Virus record (IMG/VR): IMGVR_UViG_3300040734_000006
Coordinates: 1 to 37,725 of that record
Length of the DNA stretch: 37,725 nucleotides
Reading direction: 5' to 3' (one strand)
Source of the DNA: a virus
Lineage: Duplodnaviria; Caudoviricetes
Each line of letters starts with the position of its first letter. Position 1 is the stretch's first letter. The notes beneath the pieces were generated by a model that ran no database searches, had not been told where the DNA came from, and worked only from the letters and a program-made list of their open reading frames with translations. This document shows positions 8,954 to 17,810 of this stretch, in pieces. Made by a program: the position numbers and the translations under genes.

Positions 8954-9546
8954 AAAGACAACAGGAACAGAACATCAACACGGCGGATTATTACGATGTG
9001 TTTTTCCAACCGCCGCGGGCTTGCACAAAAGACAGGGTTTTGCGCCAAAAGGAATTCATCGACTTGATCGACAAATCCGGACGAATCATCGAGCTTGCCA
9101 GCGGGATGAGTTATTTTTGCCAAATGGCCAAAATCCGCTATCCCGAAAGCGATGTTTGGGGAATTGATTTTTCCGTGGTGGCCAAAGAGCGGATGGCGCA
9201 CGAGGAAAGCGGCTTGATGTATCCGGTCAATTATGTGGTGGGGGACGCGCTCAACACGCCTTTCAAGGATGGCTGTTTTGATGTGGTGGTGTCCGGCGAG
9301 TTTATCGAGCATTTGGAACAGCCGGAGGATTTAATCAAGGAAATGGTGCGCTTGGCTAAGCAAGGAGGCTTGATGATAATTTCCACGCCGCACTTGGAAA
9401 CAAAAGATTTGGAGCATTTATGGGAATTCGAACCCGAGGATATTTTGGCAATGTTTGAAAAATACGGGCAAAAGGCCGAATTTAAACTGGTTAAATCCGA
9501 CATTTCCACGAGATATTACATAATCGTATGGGCAAGAAAAAAGTAG
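8950..9546 (+). CDS. class I SAM-dependent methyltransferase
   Basis: IIELASGMS, GIDFS, GDALNTPFKDGCFDVVVSGEFIEH, GGLMIISTP. Confidence 0.88.
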   Translation: MKRQQEQNINTADYYDVFFQPPRACTKDRVLRQKEFIDLIDKSGRIIELASGMSYFCQMAKIRYPESDVWGIDFSVVAKERMAHEESGLMYPVNYVVGDALNTPFKDGCFDVVVSGEFIEHLEQPEDLIKEMVRLAKQGGLMIISTPHLETKDLEHLWEFEPEDILAMFEKYGQKAEFKLVKSDISTRYYIIVWARKK

Positions 9547-10463
9547 CGTTTATTACAGGGTGCAATGGCCAGGATGGGAGCTATCTTGCCGAGTTTTTGA
9601 TCGGCAAGGGGTATATCGTCCACGGCCTTGTGCGCCGGCCATCGACTTTCAAAAGCTGGTGGCGGATTGAGAAAATCCACGATGAGAAAAACTTGATTTT
9701 GCATTACGGCGATATGACCGACCCGTTTTCGCTTTTGTGGGCGTTGAAAAAATCAAAGCCCGATGAAGTGTATAATTTGGCGGCGCAATCGCACGTGCAA
9801 GTGTCGTGGGAAACGCCTCTTTACACGGCGCAAACGACGGGTATCGGAATGTTGAACCTTTTGGAAGCGATCAGGGTCTTGGGAATGAACCCGAAAATAT
9901 ATCAAGCGTCAACCAGCGAATTGTTTTCAGGGCGGGAAAAGGGCAAGCAAAGCGAGAACACGTCCAAAGACCCGATAAGCCCGTACGGCACGGCCAAACT
10001 TTACGCCTATCAGATTTGCAAAAATTACCGCGACGCTTTCGGAATGTTCATTTGCAACGGGATATTGTTCAACCACGAAAGCGCGAGGCGCGGGGAGAAT
10101 TTTGTAACCAAAAAGATAATTGACGCGATCCCGAAAGGCAAGGTTGAGCTGGGCAATTTGGACGCTAAAAGGGACTGGGGCTGGGCAAAAGAATATGTCG
10201 AATCGATGTGGCTGATGTTGCAACAGCCAAAACCCGATGACTATGTGGTGGCGACGGGGGAAACGCACAGCGTGGCCGATTTTCTTGAATGGACGCGCAA
10301 AGAGTGCGGCAAGGATTTGAAAGTGGTTGTCAACAAGAAGTTTATTCGCCCCAACGATGTGCCGCGATTGTGCGGGGACGCGCGGAAAGCGGAGCGTGTG
10401 CTTGGGTTCAAGCCAAAGGTCAAGGGACGCGCGCTGGTGCGTAAAATGATTAACGGAGAATGA
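9528..10463 (+). CDS. gmd: GDP-mannose 4,6-dehydratase
   Basis: ITGCNGQDGSYLAEFL, YNLAAQSHV, YQASTSE, YGTAK, LFNHES, LGNLDAKRDWG. Confidence 0.95.
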   Translation: MGKKKVAFITGCNGQDGSYLAEFLIGKGYIVHGLVRRPSTFKSWWRIEKIHDEKNLILHYGDMTDPFSLLWALKKSKPDEVYNLAAQSHVQVSWETPLYTAQTTGIGMLNLLEAIRVLGMNPKIYQASTSELFSGREKGKQSENTSKDPISPYGTAKLYAYQICKNYRDAFGMFICNGILFNHESARRGENFVTKKIIDAIPKGKVELGNLDAKRDWGWAKEYVESMWLMLQQPKPDDYVVATGETHSVADFLEWTRKECGKDLKVVVNKKFIRPNDVPRLCGDARKAERVLGFKPKVKGRALVRKMINGE

Positions 10464-11467
10464 AACTGACCAAACCGACAAAAGCCAAGAACGCCCGCCG
10501 GTATGTGCTGGATTGTTTGGAAAAAAACGAACTGGCGCAAGGCAAATACATTAAGCTGTTTGAGCGCAAGTTTGCCCGCTATACCGGCCACAATCACGCG
10601 CTTGCGGTTTCCAACGGCACAATGGCCTTGTATTGCGCGTTAAAGGCGGTTGGCGTCGCCGGGGGCGAGGTGGTATTGCCGGCGCTTACTTTCGCCGCCA
10701 CCGCGGACGCGGTGATAATGGCCGGAGCCAGGCCGGTGTTTGCCGATGTGGATAAAGATAATTGGTGCATTACGCCCAAAACGGTGTTAAAGGTTATCAC
10801 GCAAAAGACAAAAGCGATAATCGCGGTTGATTTGTACGGGAAAATCGCGCCGGTTAACGAATTGAAAAAAATTGGCTTGCCGGTGATTGAGGACGCTTGC
10901 GAAGGGCTGGGGGGTAAAATCCAAAAGGGAGATATAACTTGTTTTTCATTTTTCGGCAACAAAGTGATGACCGCCGGCGAGGGGGGAATGTGCGCCACGG
11001 ACAGCAATGACCTTGCCTTGAAAATAACGAAAATCCGCAATCACGGAAGGCTATCCGGCTTTTGGCACGAAACGCAAGGCACGAACGCGCGGATGGCCAA
11101 CATCAACGCCGCGCTGGGATTGGCGCAGTTGGAGGAGTTTCCGAAAAATCTTAAATGGCGCAAAGAGATATTTGACTGGTATGGGATAAAAGACTACGGC
11201 GCGCCGTGGCTTCCCTATATGGCGGTAAAAGACAATCGAGAAGCGGTAAAGCGTCTTTTGGGCGAGGGGGTGGAGGCAAGGGAGGGTTTTCGGCCATTGT
11301 ACAAAATGCCCGCCTACGAAAAGAAAATAAGACTGCCGGTGTCCGAATGGCTGGGCGAACATATAATTTTGTTGCCGATTTTTAAAGGTCTTAAAAAATC
11401 ACAAGTAAAAAAAATATGCAAGGTTTTATTCTCGCGGGCGGTTATGGAAAGCGATTATATCCGCTAA
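10460..11467 (+). CDS. DegT/DnrJ/EryC1/StrS PLP aminotransferase (perosamine synthase-like)
   Basis: SNGT.AL, IEDACEGLG, SFFGNKVMTAGEGG with Schiff-base Lys; coupled to gmd. Confidence 0.9.
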   Translation: MKLTKPTKAKNARRYVLDCLEKNELAQGKYIKLFERKFARYTGHNHALAVSNGTMALYCALKAVGVAGGEVVLPALTFAATADAVIMAGARPVFADVDKDNWCITPKTVLKVITQKTKAIIAVDLYGKIAPVNELKKIGLPVIEDACEGLGGKIQKGDITCFSFFGNKVMTAGEGGMCATDSNDLALKITKIRNHGRLSGFWHETQGTNARMANINAALGLAQLEEFPKNLKWRKEIFDWYGIKDYGAPWLPYMAVKDNREAVKRLLGEGVEAREGFRPLYKMPAYEKKIRLPVSEWLGEHIILLPIFKGLKKSQVKKICKVLFSRAVMESDYIR

Positions 11468-12096
11468 CCTCATACATCAACAAAACGCTGATCCCGATAT
11501 ACGACAAGGCGATGGTTGAATTTCCCTACCAAACATTGAAAGACAGCGGGGTGGACGAGATTTACATTGTTTGCCAAAAAAAGGATTTGGCGGCGTTCGC
11601 TTGCGTGTTCGGCGAAAAGGTGGGTTATATCCCGCAAGACAATCCGCGGGGGATCGCCAGCGTGTTTTCCACGATCAAGAGATATGTGCGGGGGAACTTC
11701 GCGCTGATATTAGGCGACAACATTTTTGAGAACGCGCTTAATTTTGAGTTTGGCGGCTGGGGCAAGATTTTTTTGAAAGAGGTTGAGGACTACCAAAGGT
11801 TTGGCATCGCCGAATTTGACGGCGAGACGATTAAGAAAATCCACGAAAAGCCGGAGATACAATTTTCCAATTTGGCGGCGGTGGGAGCTTACGCGTATTC
11901 TCCGGAGGTTATCCCGCTGGCCGAAACTTTGGGGGAATCTTCACGGGGGGAAATGGAGATCACCGACCTCAACAATATTTTGCTAAACCAAAACGCGCTT
12001 GATTACGGCATCGTGCCGGATTACTGGAAAGATGCCGGAACATTCGAGTCGCTTTTTGACGCTTCATTATGGAGAAAAAAACAGGCAAATTCCTGA
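11416..12096 (+). CDS. sugar-1-phosphate nucleotidyltransferase (RmlA/SpsI-like, short form)
   Basis: ILAGGYGKRLYPLT, LILGDNIF, EKP, SRGEMEITD, WKDAGTFESL. Confidence 0.9.
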   Translation: MQGFILAGGYGKRLYPLTSYINKTLIPIYDKAMVEFPYQTLKDSGVDEIYIVCQKKDLAAFACVFGEKVGYIPQDNPRGIASVFSTIKRYVRGNFALILGDNIFENALNFEFGGWGKIFLKEVEDYQRFGIAEFDGETIKKIHEKPEIQFSNLAAVGAYAYSPEVIPLAETLGESSRGEMEITDLNNILLNQNALDYGIVPDYWKDAGTFESLFDASLWRKKQANS

Positions 12097-12992
12097 TTAC
12101 CGGCGGCGCGGGGTTCATTGGTAGCCACTTGGCCGCAAAACTCGCCCAGAGGGGGCATTCTGTGGCCGTGGCGGACAATCTGTCAACGGGTCGGCTGGAC
12201 AATCTTAATGTGAATGTTGATTTCCACCAGATTGACTCTGATGAGACAGGGCTTTTAAAAGAAAAGTATGACTGGATTTTCCATTTGGGGATACCCAGCA
12301 CCACGCGGTTGTATCGTGATAATCCATTTTTGACGGCGGACGCATTGAACGGAATGATCTCGGTTTTGGAAGTTGCCAAAGAAACCGGCGCGAAAGTTGT
12401 CTATGCGTCATCATCATCGGTTTATAATGGCCAATCGCTGGCGTTGTGCGAGGGCGTGCCGTTGTATGTCAAGGATTTTTACACTGAGGCAAGGATCGCG
12501 ATTGAAAGAATGGCCGAATTGTATTATGACTTTTACAAAGTCAAATCAATCGGCTTGCGCTTCTTTTCGGTGTATGGTGACAATGAGGACTCAAAAGGAG
12601 ACTTTGCCAATTTGGTGTCGCAATTCATATGGGCGGTACGGGACGGCAAGAAGCCGGTGATTTACGGCGACGGCGAACAGACAAGGGATTTTGTTTTTGT
12701 GGATGATATTTGCGAGGGATTGATTTTGGCGATGGAGTCAGACATTGAAAACGATATTTTCAATCTTGGCACGGGGCGGGAGTGTTCCTTAAACGAACTG
12801 GTCAAAAAAATAGGTTTTCATTTCGGCAAAAATGTCGAGGCCGAATATGTGAAAAACCCTTTGAAAAATTATGTCCAAAACACTTGCGCCGACACCAGAA
12901 AAACCAGAATGGAGCTGAGCTGGAATCCGCAAACGGATTTGGATGAAGGCATTAAAAAAATAATAAAACAATGGCAACACAAAAAGAATTGA
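12069..12992 (+). CDS. NAD-dependent nucleotide-sugar epimerase/dehydratase (extended SDR)
   Basis: TGGAGFIG, YASSSSVY, LRFFSVYG, GDGEQTRDFVFV.D; catalytic motif is YTEAR. Confidence 0.88.
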   Translation: MEKKTGKFLITGGAGFIGSHLAAKLAQRGHSVAVADNLSTGRLDNLNVNVDFHQIDSDETGLLKEKYDWIFHLGIPSTTRLYRDNPFLTADALNGMISVLEVAKETGAKVVYASSSSVYNGQSLALCEGVPLYVKDFYTEARIAIERMAELYYDFYKVKSIGLRFFSVYGDNEDSKGDFANLVSQFIWAVRDGKKPVIYGDGEQTRDFVFVDDICEGLILAMESDIENDIFNLGTGRECSLNELVKKIGFHFGKNVEAEYVKNPLKNYVQNTCADTRKTRMELSWNPQTDLDEGIKKIIKQWQHKKN

Positions 12993-13225
12993 CGAAAAGC
13001 GATGTGGTTAAAATTATGCTTTTGGAAACAAAAAACCAGTTAACGAAAGCGGAAGTTGAGGAGCGGCTTTATGTGAGAATGAATATCCGCGGCGTGAATA
13101 TGGAGGCGCAGATCGGCGCAAAGCAAAAGCTGATAAGATTTTTGAAGCAAACGCTGGCCAATTTGGAGGAGTTAAAAGATGACATACTTGCGGAAAAAAA
13201 GGAGAGTGGTATAATCAAAGCATAA
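12971..13225 (+). CDS. hypothetical protein
   Basis: 84-aa ORF overlapping epimerase end. Confidence 0.6.
   Translation: MATQKELTKSDVVKIMLLETKNQLTKAEVEERLYVRMNIRGVNMEAQIGAKQKLIRFLKQTLANLEELKDDILAEKKESGIIKA
13188..13215 (+). promoter_or_regulatory. promoter of tail operon (extended -10)
   Basis: TTGCGG (13188-13193) - 16 nt - TATAAT (13210-13215) with TGn extension. Confidence 0.6.
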
Positions 13226-13234
13226 TTGTATTTA

Positions 13235-13288
13235 GCCGATAAAAGGATAAATTCCAACGGCACCAATTTCTTTTTGGTGTCGTTTTTT
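13235..13288 (+). promoter_or_regulatory. leader antiterminator/terminator switch, copy 2
   Basis: GCCG/CGGC and GGA/TCC stems (13235-13261) overlap terminator AACGGCACCAA/TTGGTGTCGTT+T-run. Confidence 0.7.
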
Positions 13289-13373
13289 GATTTTATGGTG
13301 TGTTCAAAAGATAATATGCGCGATGCATTAAAAAAAGGTAAACTTTTAGGACCTAAACCAAAAAATAATTAAT

Positions 13374-14111
13374 ATGCAAATTTCAGGACACGCCACATCG
13401 CAAGACATTATTTCTGATATTTCCTTCCTTCTTGGAGGCGGAATTGATTTAAACAATTTCAAGATCGCTGACCGCACCCGTTGCGTGAACGAGCGCAACC
13501 GGATGGTTTGGCAGATGATATTTGAATCATACGGAGGCTGGAAATTTATGGATGACGCGGTTTCGGACGCGTCCACGGGCGTGCCTTACGCCGACCAAAC
13601 AATTACATCGGGGACGGGGCTTTACGCTTTGCCGACCGGCGCGCTGGTGGTCAATGGCGTGTTTGCCAAATTGACCAGTGATGGGAGCTGGACTAAATTA
13701 ACGCCGCTTACCGAGGAGGAATTTATGCAGATGGGCGGGGACGGCCATTTTTCAAGCAACGGCACCACGCTTTATTATATGCTTCAAGGCGATGTTATTC
13801 GCTTGCTTCCCACGCCAAACTTTACCACGGCCAGCGGGTTGCGGGTGTTTTTCGACCAAGACATATCGGCGTTTGCGACCACCGACACGACCAAAGTCCC
13901 GGGATTCGCTTCGATATTCCACCGGATGCTTTCAATCGGCGCGGCTTTGGATTACGCGCTATCGCACGGGATGACCGACAAGGTGAATTATTTATCGGCG
14001 TTGTGGAATGATTACGAAAAGAGGTTGCGCGATTTTTATTCCAAAAGGTTTAAAGCAAGGTTCCCGCACCGGATGAGCGCGGGGCCGGATTTGGTAAGTG
14101 AATTTATGTAA
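13374..14111 (+). CDS. head-tail adaptor / tail tubular protein A-like
   Basis: 245 aa, first tail gene; YYMLQGDVIRLLPTP and PGF...FHRML motifs. Confidence 0.65.
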   Translation: MQISGHATSQDIISDISFLLGGGIDLNNFKIADRTRCVNERNRMVWQMIFESYGGWKFMDDAVSDASTGVPYADQTITSGTGLYALPTGALVVNGVFAKLTSDGSWTKLTPLTEEEFMQMGGDGHFSSNGTTLYYMLQGDVIRLLPTPNFTTASGLRVFFDQDISAFATTDTTKVPGFASIFHRMLSIGAALDYALSHGMTDKVNYLSALWNDYEKRLRDFYSKRFKARFPHRMSAGPDLVSEFM

Positions 14112-14112
14112 T

Positions 14113-15726
14113 ATGGCAAAACTTGACCCATTCGTCATTGATTCCATTTTTAACGGGCAGATGCCGTCCGCGCTTTTTGGCAACAAAGGGCAGTTTTTGG
14201 CCTCTATCGGGATTGACCCCGATGTGCCGGCCACGGACGGGGCGACCGACCTAAAAACCGCGGGGATAATCAGGCCGGTAAATTACGCCAAATTTTCAAG
14301 CACGGAAGTGTCCGCGCAACCTTTGGCGATAATGGGTGTGCCGTATAACACAAACCTTTATTATGTTATGGCGGATGGCAACCTTAAAAGCTACGATTCA
14401 AACCTTGCCAATCCCGCTAATGTGGCGACATATTTGGCAGCGTCCTTTGGCATTTATTACAACGGATATATTTATGTTTTTGGTTCCGGCGCGGCATACA
14501 ACAAAGTGGCGCGCTATGGGTTGGAACACGCCGACTCGGACGCGGATGTGTGGGCGAACACTTGGGGCTTGACCAATATCACTGTTGTCAATACAAAATT
14601 CCGCGCGTTTTCGGGAGCGTTGCTTTACCAGAATTTCGTGGCGATAGTCCACGTTGACAATTCTTTGTATTTCACTTCTTTCCACGATGACGGGGTGGGG
14701 CGGATTTGCAAGATAAAGACAAAGACCACCACCTACACCGGCGATACCAATGATGGCTCGGCTTTCGGCGCGCTGGTTTTGCCAAAATACCACGCGCCCA
14801 CGGCATTGTGTTCTTACGGCAACGATATTGTGGTGGCGGCGAGTTTGAACATACCATCCGCGGCGGGAGGCTTCGCGCACGAGTCTTATTTATTCTTTTG
14901 GGACACGACCTCGGCCAGCTATTACCGCAAAATCGCAATTCCCGATTCGGCTTGCACTATTTTAAAAATGATCAACGGCACGCTTTACGGAATATCCGGT
15001 GATCCGATTGCGGGCGGCTATCGCTTGTGGCGGTATGTGGGCGGGGAATCGATTGAAACGCTGGCTATTGTTGAAGACGATGTTTTGCCGTTGTTTTCCT
15101 CGGCGGAAGTGGTGGGCAACCGCCTTGTGTGGGGAACGAAAACCGCCTATCCGCTGACGGCCGCTTGCTTGATGGCCTACGACACTAAATCCGGCCTTTT
15201 CCCGAAAGGATTGCACAACATCGTAAAGCTCAATCAGACCGCGACAAACACTCCCGCCGCCGGCGCGTATCCAACCTACAACAATATGGTGATTTCGTGC
15301 GTTTCAAGGGTTCAAACAGGGCTGGCATTCCCTAAATTCCTTGTGGGGGCGTGGGATACGGTGGCACCCGCTTACGGAATTTACAAGCAAGGTTCAACTC
15401 ATTCATTTTCGCTTTTCCGCTCAAAGGTTTTTCATATCGGCAAGGATTTTCAAATAACCAATATCAGAATCCCGTTGGCCCAAGCGATTGCCGCGAATAT
15501 GACGATTGTGCCGGTGTTGCGCTTTGATGACGGGTCGTCAACCTCGGTGGGGACGGTGATTAACTCCACCAATTACGCCAACAGCGAAAGGACGATTGAT
15601 CTGACGCCGGATAACTTCGCTTCGGGGACGGCGGGAAAATATCATTTTTGCCTTGAATTGCAAATGACCGGAACGGCATTGAGCGCGGTGTCTTTGCCGA
15701 TAACCATTGAAGTCGAAACACTATGA
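14113..15726 (+). CDS. tail nozzle / tubular protein B-like (beta-rich)
   Basis: 537 aa, aromatic beta-strand-rich, follows adaptor. Confidence 0.55.
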   Translation: MAKLDPFVIDSIFNGQMPSALFGNKGQFLASIGIDPDVPATDGATDLKTAGIIRPVNYAKFSSTEVSAQPLAIMGVPYNTNLYYVMADGNLKSYDSNLANPANVATYLAASFGIYYNGYIYVFGSGAAYNKVARYGLEHADSDADVWANTWGLTNITVVNTKFRAFSGALLYQNFVAIVHVDNSLYFTSFHDDGVGRICKIKTKTTTYTGDTNDGSAFGALVLPKYHAPTALCSYGNDIVVAASLNIPSAAGGFAHESYLFFWDTTSASYYRKIAIPDSACTILKMINGTLYGISGDPIAGGYRLWRYVGGESIETLAIVEDDVLPLFSSAEVVGNRLVWGTKTAYPLTAACLMAYDTKSGLFPKGLHNIVKLNQTATNTPAAGAYPTYNNMVISCVSRVQTGLAFPKFLVGAWDTVAPAYGIYKQGSTHSFSLFRSKVFHIGKDFQITNIRIPLAQAIAANMTIVPVLRFDDGSSTSVGTVINSTNYANSERTIDLTPDNFASGTAGKYHFCLELQMTGTALSAVSLPITIEVETL

Positions 15727-16292
15727 AACAGCCCGATTTGCCGGAAAATTCATTTGACGCTTACGACAAAAATCTTGCGATACAGGAGGCCTTGGGTTCG
15801 CAACGGAAAAGCAAGATTTTAGAGGAAGGGTCTTTTGAATCGAAAACCGCGGGCTGGAAATTGAACGCGGACGGCACAAGCGAGGGGCTGGGGGGAGTTT
15901 CAAAAGTATCGGCGTATTTAAACGGAGCGCAAAGTTTAACATCCACTCCCGCTTTAATAGATTATGATGTCGAAACATACGATGTTAATTCCGAATTTGC
16001 TTCCGCTGTTTTTACGGCAAAAATCGCCGGATATTATCATATTGACGCGACAATAGGAGTTGCGGGAGGCGCGAGCGGAGAAGTAATCACAATTTTTATT
16101 AAAAAAAACAGCGATTATCAGGCGATCAATTGTCAACCTTGCGTCGGTTCAACTTATAATACTGCTCAAATTTCCCACGATGTTTATTTGGCGGTTGGCG
16201 ATACTTTGTCTGTTTATGGAGCGTATTCAACCGGAACATTGGCAATGGTGACTGGTTTAACGAATACAAAACTTTCAATTCATTCAATATGA
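15723..16292 (+). CDS. virion protein with C-terminal C1q/TNF-like domain
   Basis: FTAKIAGYYHIDATI, IFIKKN, VYLAVGDTLSVY. Confidence 0.7.
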   Translation: MKQPDLPENSFDAYDKNLAIQEALGSQRKSKILEEGSFESKTAGWKLNADGTSEGLGGVSKVSAYLNGAQSLTSTPALIDYDVETYDVNSEFASAVFTAKIAGYYHIDATIGVAGGASGEVITIFIKKNSDYQAINCQPCVGSTYNTAQISHDVYLAVGDTLSVYGAYSTGTLAMVTGLTNTKLSIHSI

Positions 16293-17809
16293 CAAATTTA
16301 GACCCCATACAAGCAAAAATAGACGCCATCAAGGCGCAGATGCCAACGCTCACCCAAAATGTGCAGGACGCGGTGGCAAACTCCTACAAAACCGGCAACA
16401 CCAGCGCGGTTGGCTTGCCAAACGACATCGGCAAGACCTTGAACGTGGGCGAAACGCCGAAAGCCAACGCGCCGCTGGACGCTTCCAAACTTACCGGCGA
16501 CACCAGCTGGCAGAATGTGTTGAAAAGCGCGGTGGGGAATGATACGACAATGAGCTCGGTTGCCGGCCTTTTGAGCTTGTATGACACCGCCGGAAAAGAG
16601 CAGGCCAAATATGATGAAACCGCCGGACAATTAAGTGCGGCGATTAACTCGCTGGGCGGAGAAAGCGCGGATTTGGCGGCGGCTTACGGGGAACAAGGCG
16701 TGAATGAGAACTATACCAAGGCCAAGGAGATGAATTTGGAAATTGCCGGATTAAAAGGGGAACTGGAAAAGTTTGACGCGGAAACGCAAACCGGCCTTTC
16801 AAACATTGAAAATCAAAGCGTACCACTTGGATTAATCCAAGGCCAGCAGGCCGCCTACAACAAACAGCGCGACCTTACCCGCCTTTCCAAGGCCGCGGAG
16901 TTGTCGGCAAAAGTGGGGGTGATGACGGCGTTGCAGGGCAATATCGAACTTGGAATGAAACTGGCGCAAAACTCGGTGGATATGAAATATCGGCCTATTG
17001 AAAACAACATCAAACTTTTGCAACAGCAATTGTCCATCGCCGGAGAAGGATTGAGCCGCGAGGACAAGAAAAAATCCACGATCATTGAAACATTGTTGAA
17101 ATTCAAAAGCGATGAAGTGGCCGCGCAAAAGCAAGAGGAAACCGACAACCGGCGGGCGATGCTCGATCTGATGGTTAAATATCCCGACAGCGGAATATCG
17201 TTTGACGATACGATGGCCACGGCGCAGTCGAAGCTCGCGGGAAGCAGGATTTACCAGAAAGAAACGGCGGCAAGCGGGACGGATAATCTTTTAAGCCCCA
17301 CGGAAGCGGCGGCTTTGGGCGTTCCTTATGGCACAACCGAAGCGCAGGCGGCGCAGATGGGAATTACCCCGCAAGGGAAAACTTCGCAAGCCCAGCAGAC
17401 TGTCGCGGGTTTTGCCGCGAGAATTGAGCAATCATCTAACATCATCAAAACACTTGAAAGCAAAATCAGCGGAATGAATTATTTGCAGTATCAGTATTAT
17501 TCGCACGTGCCATCAGCTTTGCAAAGCGCGGATTATCAGCAATACGATCAGGCCGCACGCAATTTGATTAACTCTATCTTGCGCCGTGAATCGGGGGCGG
17601 TAATTAGCGACCAAGAATTTGATAACGCAAGAAAGCAGTATTTGCCGCAACCCGGCGACAAACAAGCGACACTCGACCAAAAGAGAGCGAACATCGAGGC
17701 GGTTTTGAACAATTATAAAAACGCCGCCGGTAATGCTTACGAATCGGTTGACAATTTGGTAAACGGAAGCGGAGCGATTGACGCATTACGCGCTAAATAT
17801 AATTACTAA
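16289..17809 (+). CDS. putative internal virion / DNA ejection protein
   Basis: 506 aa, A/Q-rich coiled coil, LRRESGAVIS..EF motif, podovirus position. Confidence 0.55.
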   Translation: MTNLDPIQAKIDAIKAQMPTLTQNVQDAVANSYKTGNTSAVGLPNDIGKTLNVGETPKANAPLDASKLTGDTSWQNVLKSAVGNDTTMSSVAGLLSLYDTAGKEQAKYDETAGQLSAAINSLGGESADLAAAYGEQGVNENYTKAKEMNLEIAGLKGELEKFDAETQTGLSNIENQSVPLGLIQGQQAAYNKQRDLTRLSKAAELSAKVGVMTALQGNIELGMKLAQNSVDMKYRPIENNIKLLQQQLSIAGEGLSREDKKKSTIIETLLKFKSDEVAAQKQEETDNRRAMLDLMVKYPDSGISFDDTMATAQSKLAGSRIYQKETAASGTDNLLSPTEAAALGVPYGTTEAQAAQMGITPQGKTSQAQQTVAGFAARIEQSSNIIKTLESKISGMNYLQYQYYSHVPSALQSADYQQYDQAARNLINSILRRESGAVISDQEFDNARKQYLPQPGDKQATLDQKRANIEAVLNNYKNAAGNAYESVDNLVNGSGAIDALRAKYNY

Positions 17810-17810
17810 A

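Noticed and set aside
4798-12992. Glycan block as host contamination or as a DNA hypermodification system
   Set aside because: Genes overlap phage genes seamlessly on a closed circle; no base hydroxymethylase, kinase or polymerase is recognisable; DNA modification is disfavoured but not disproven
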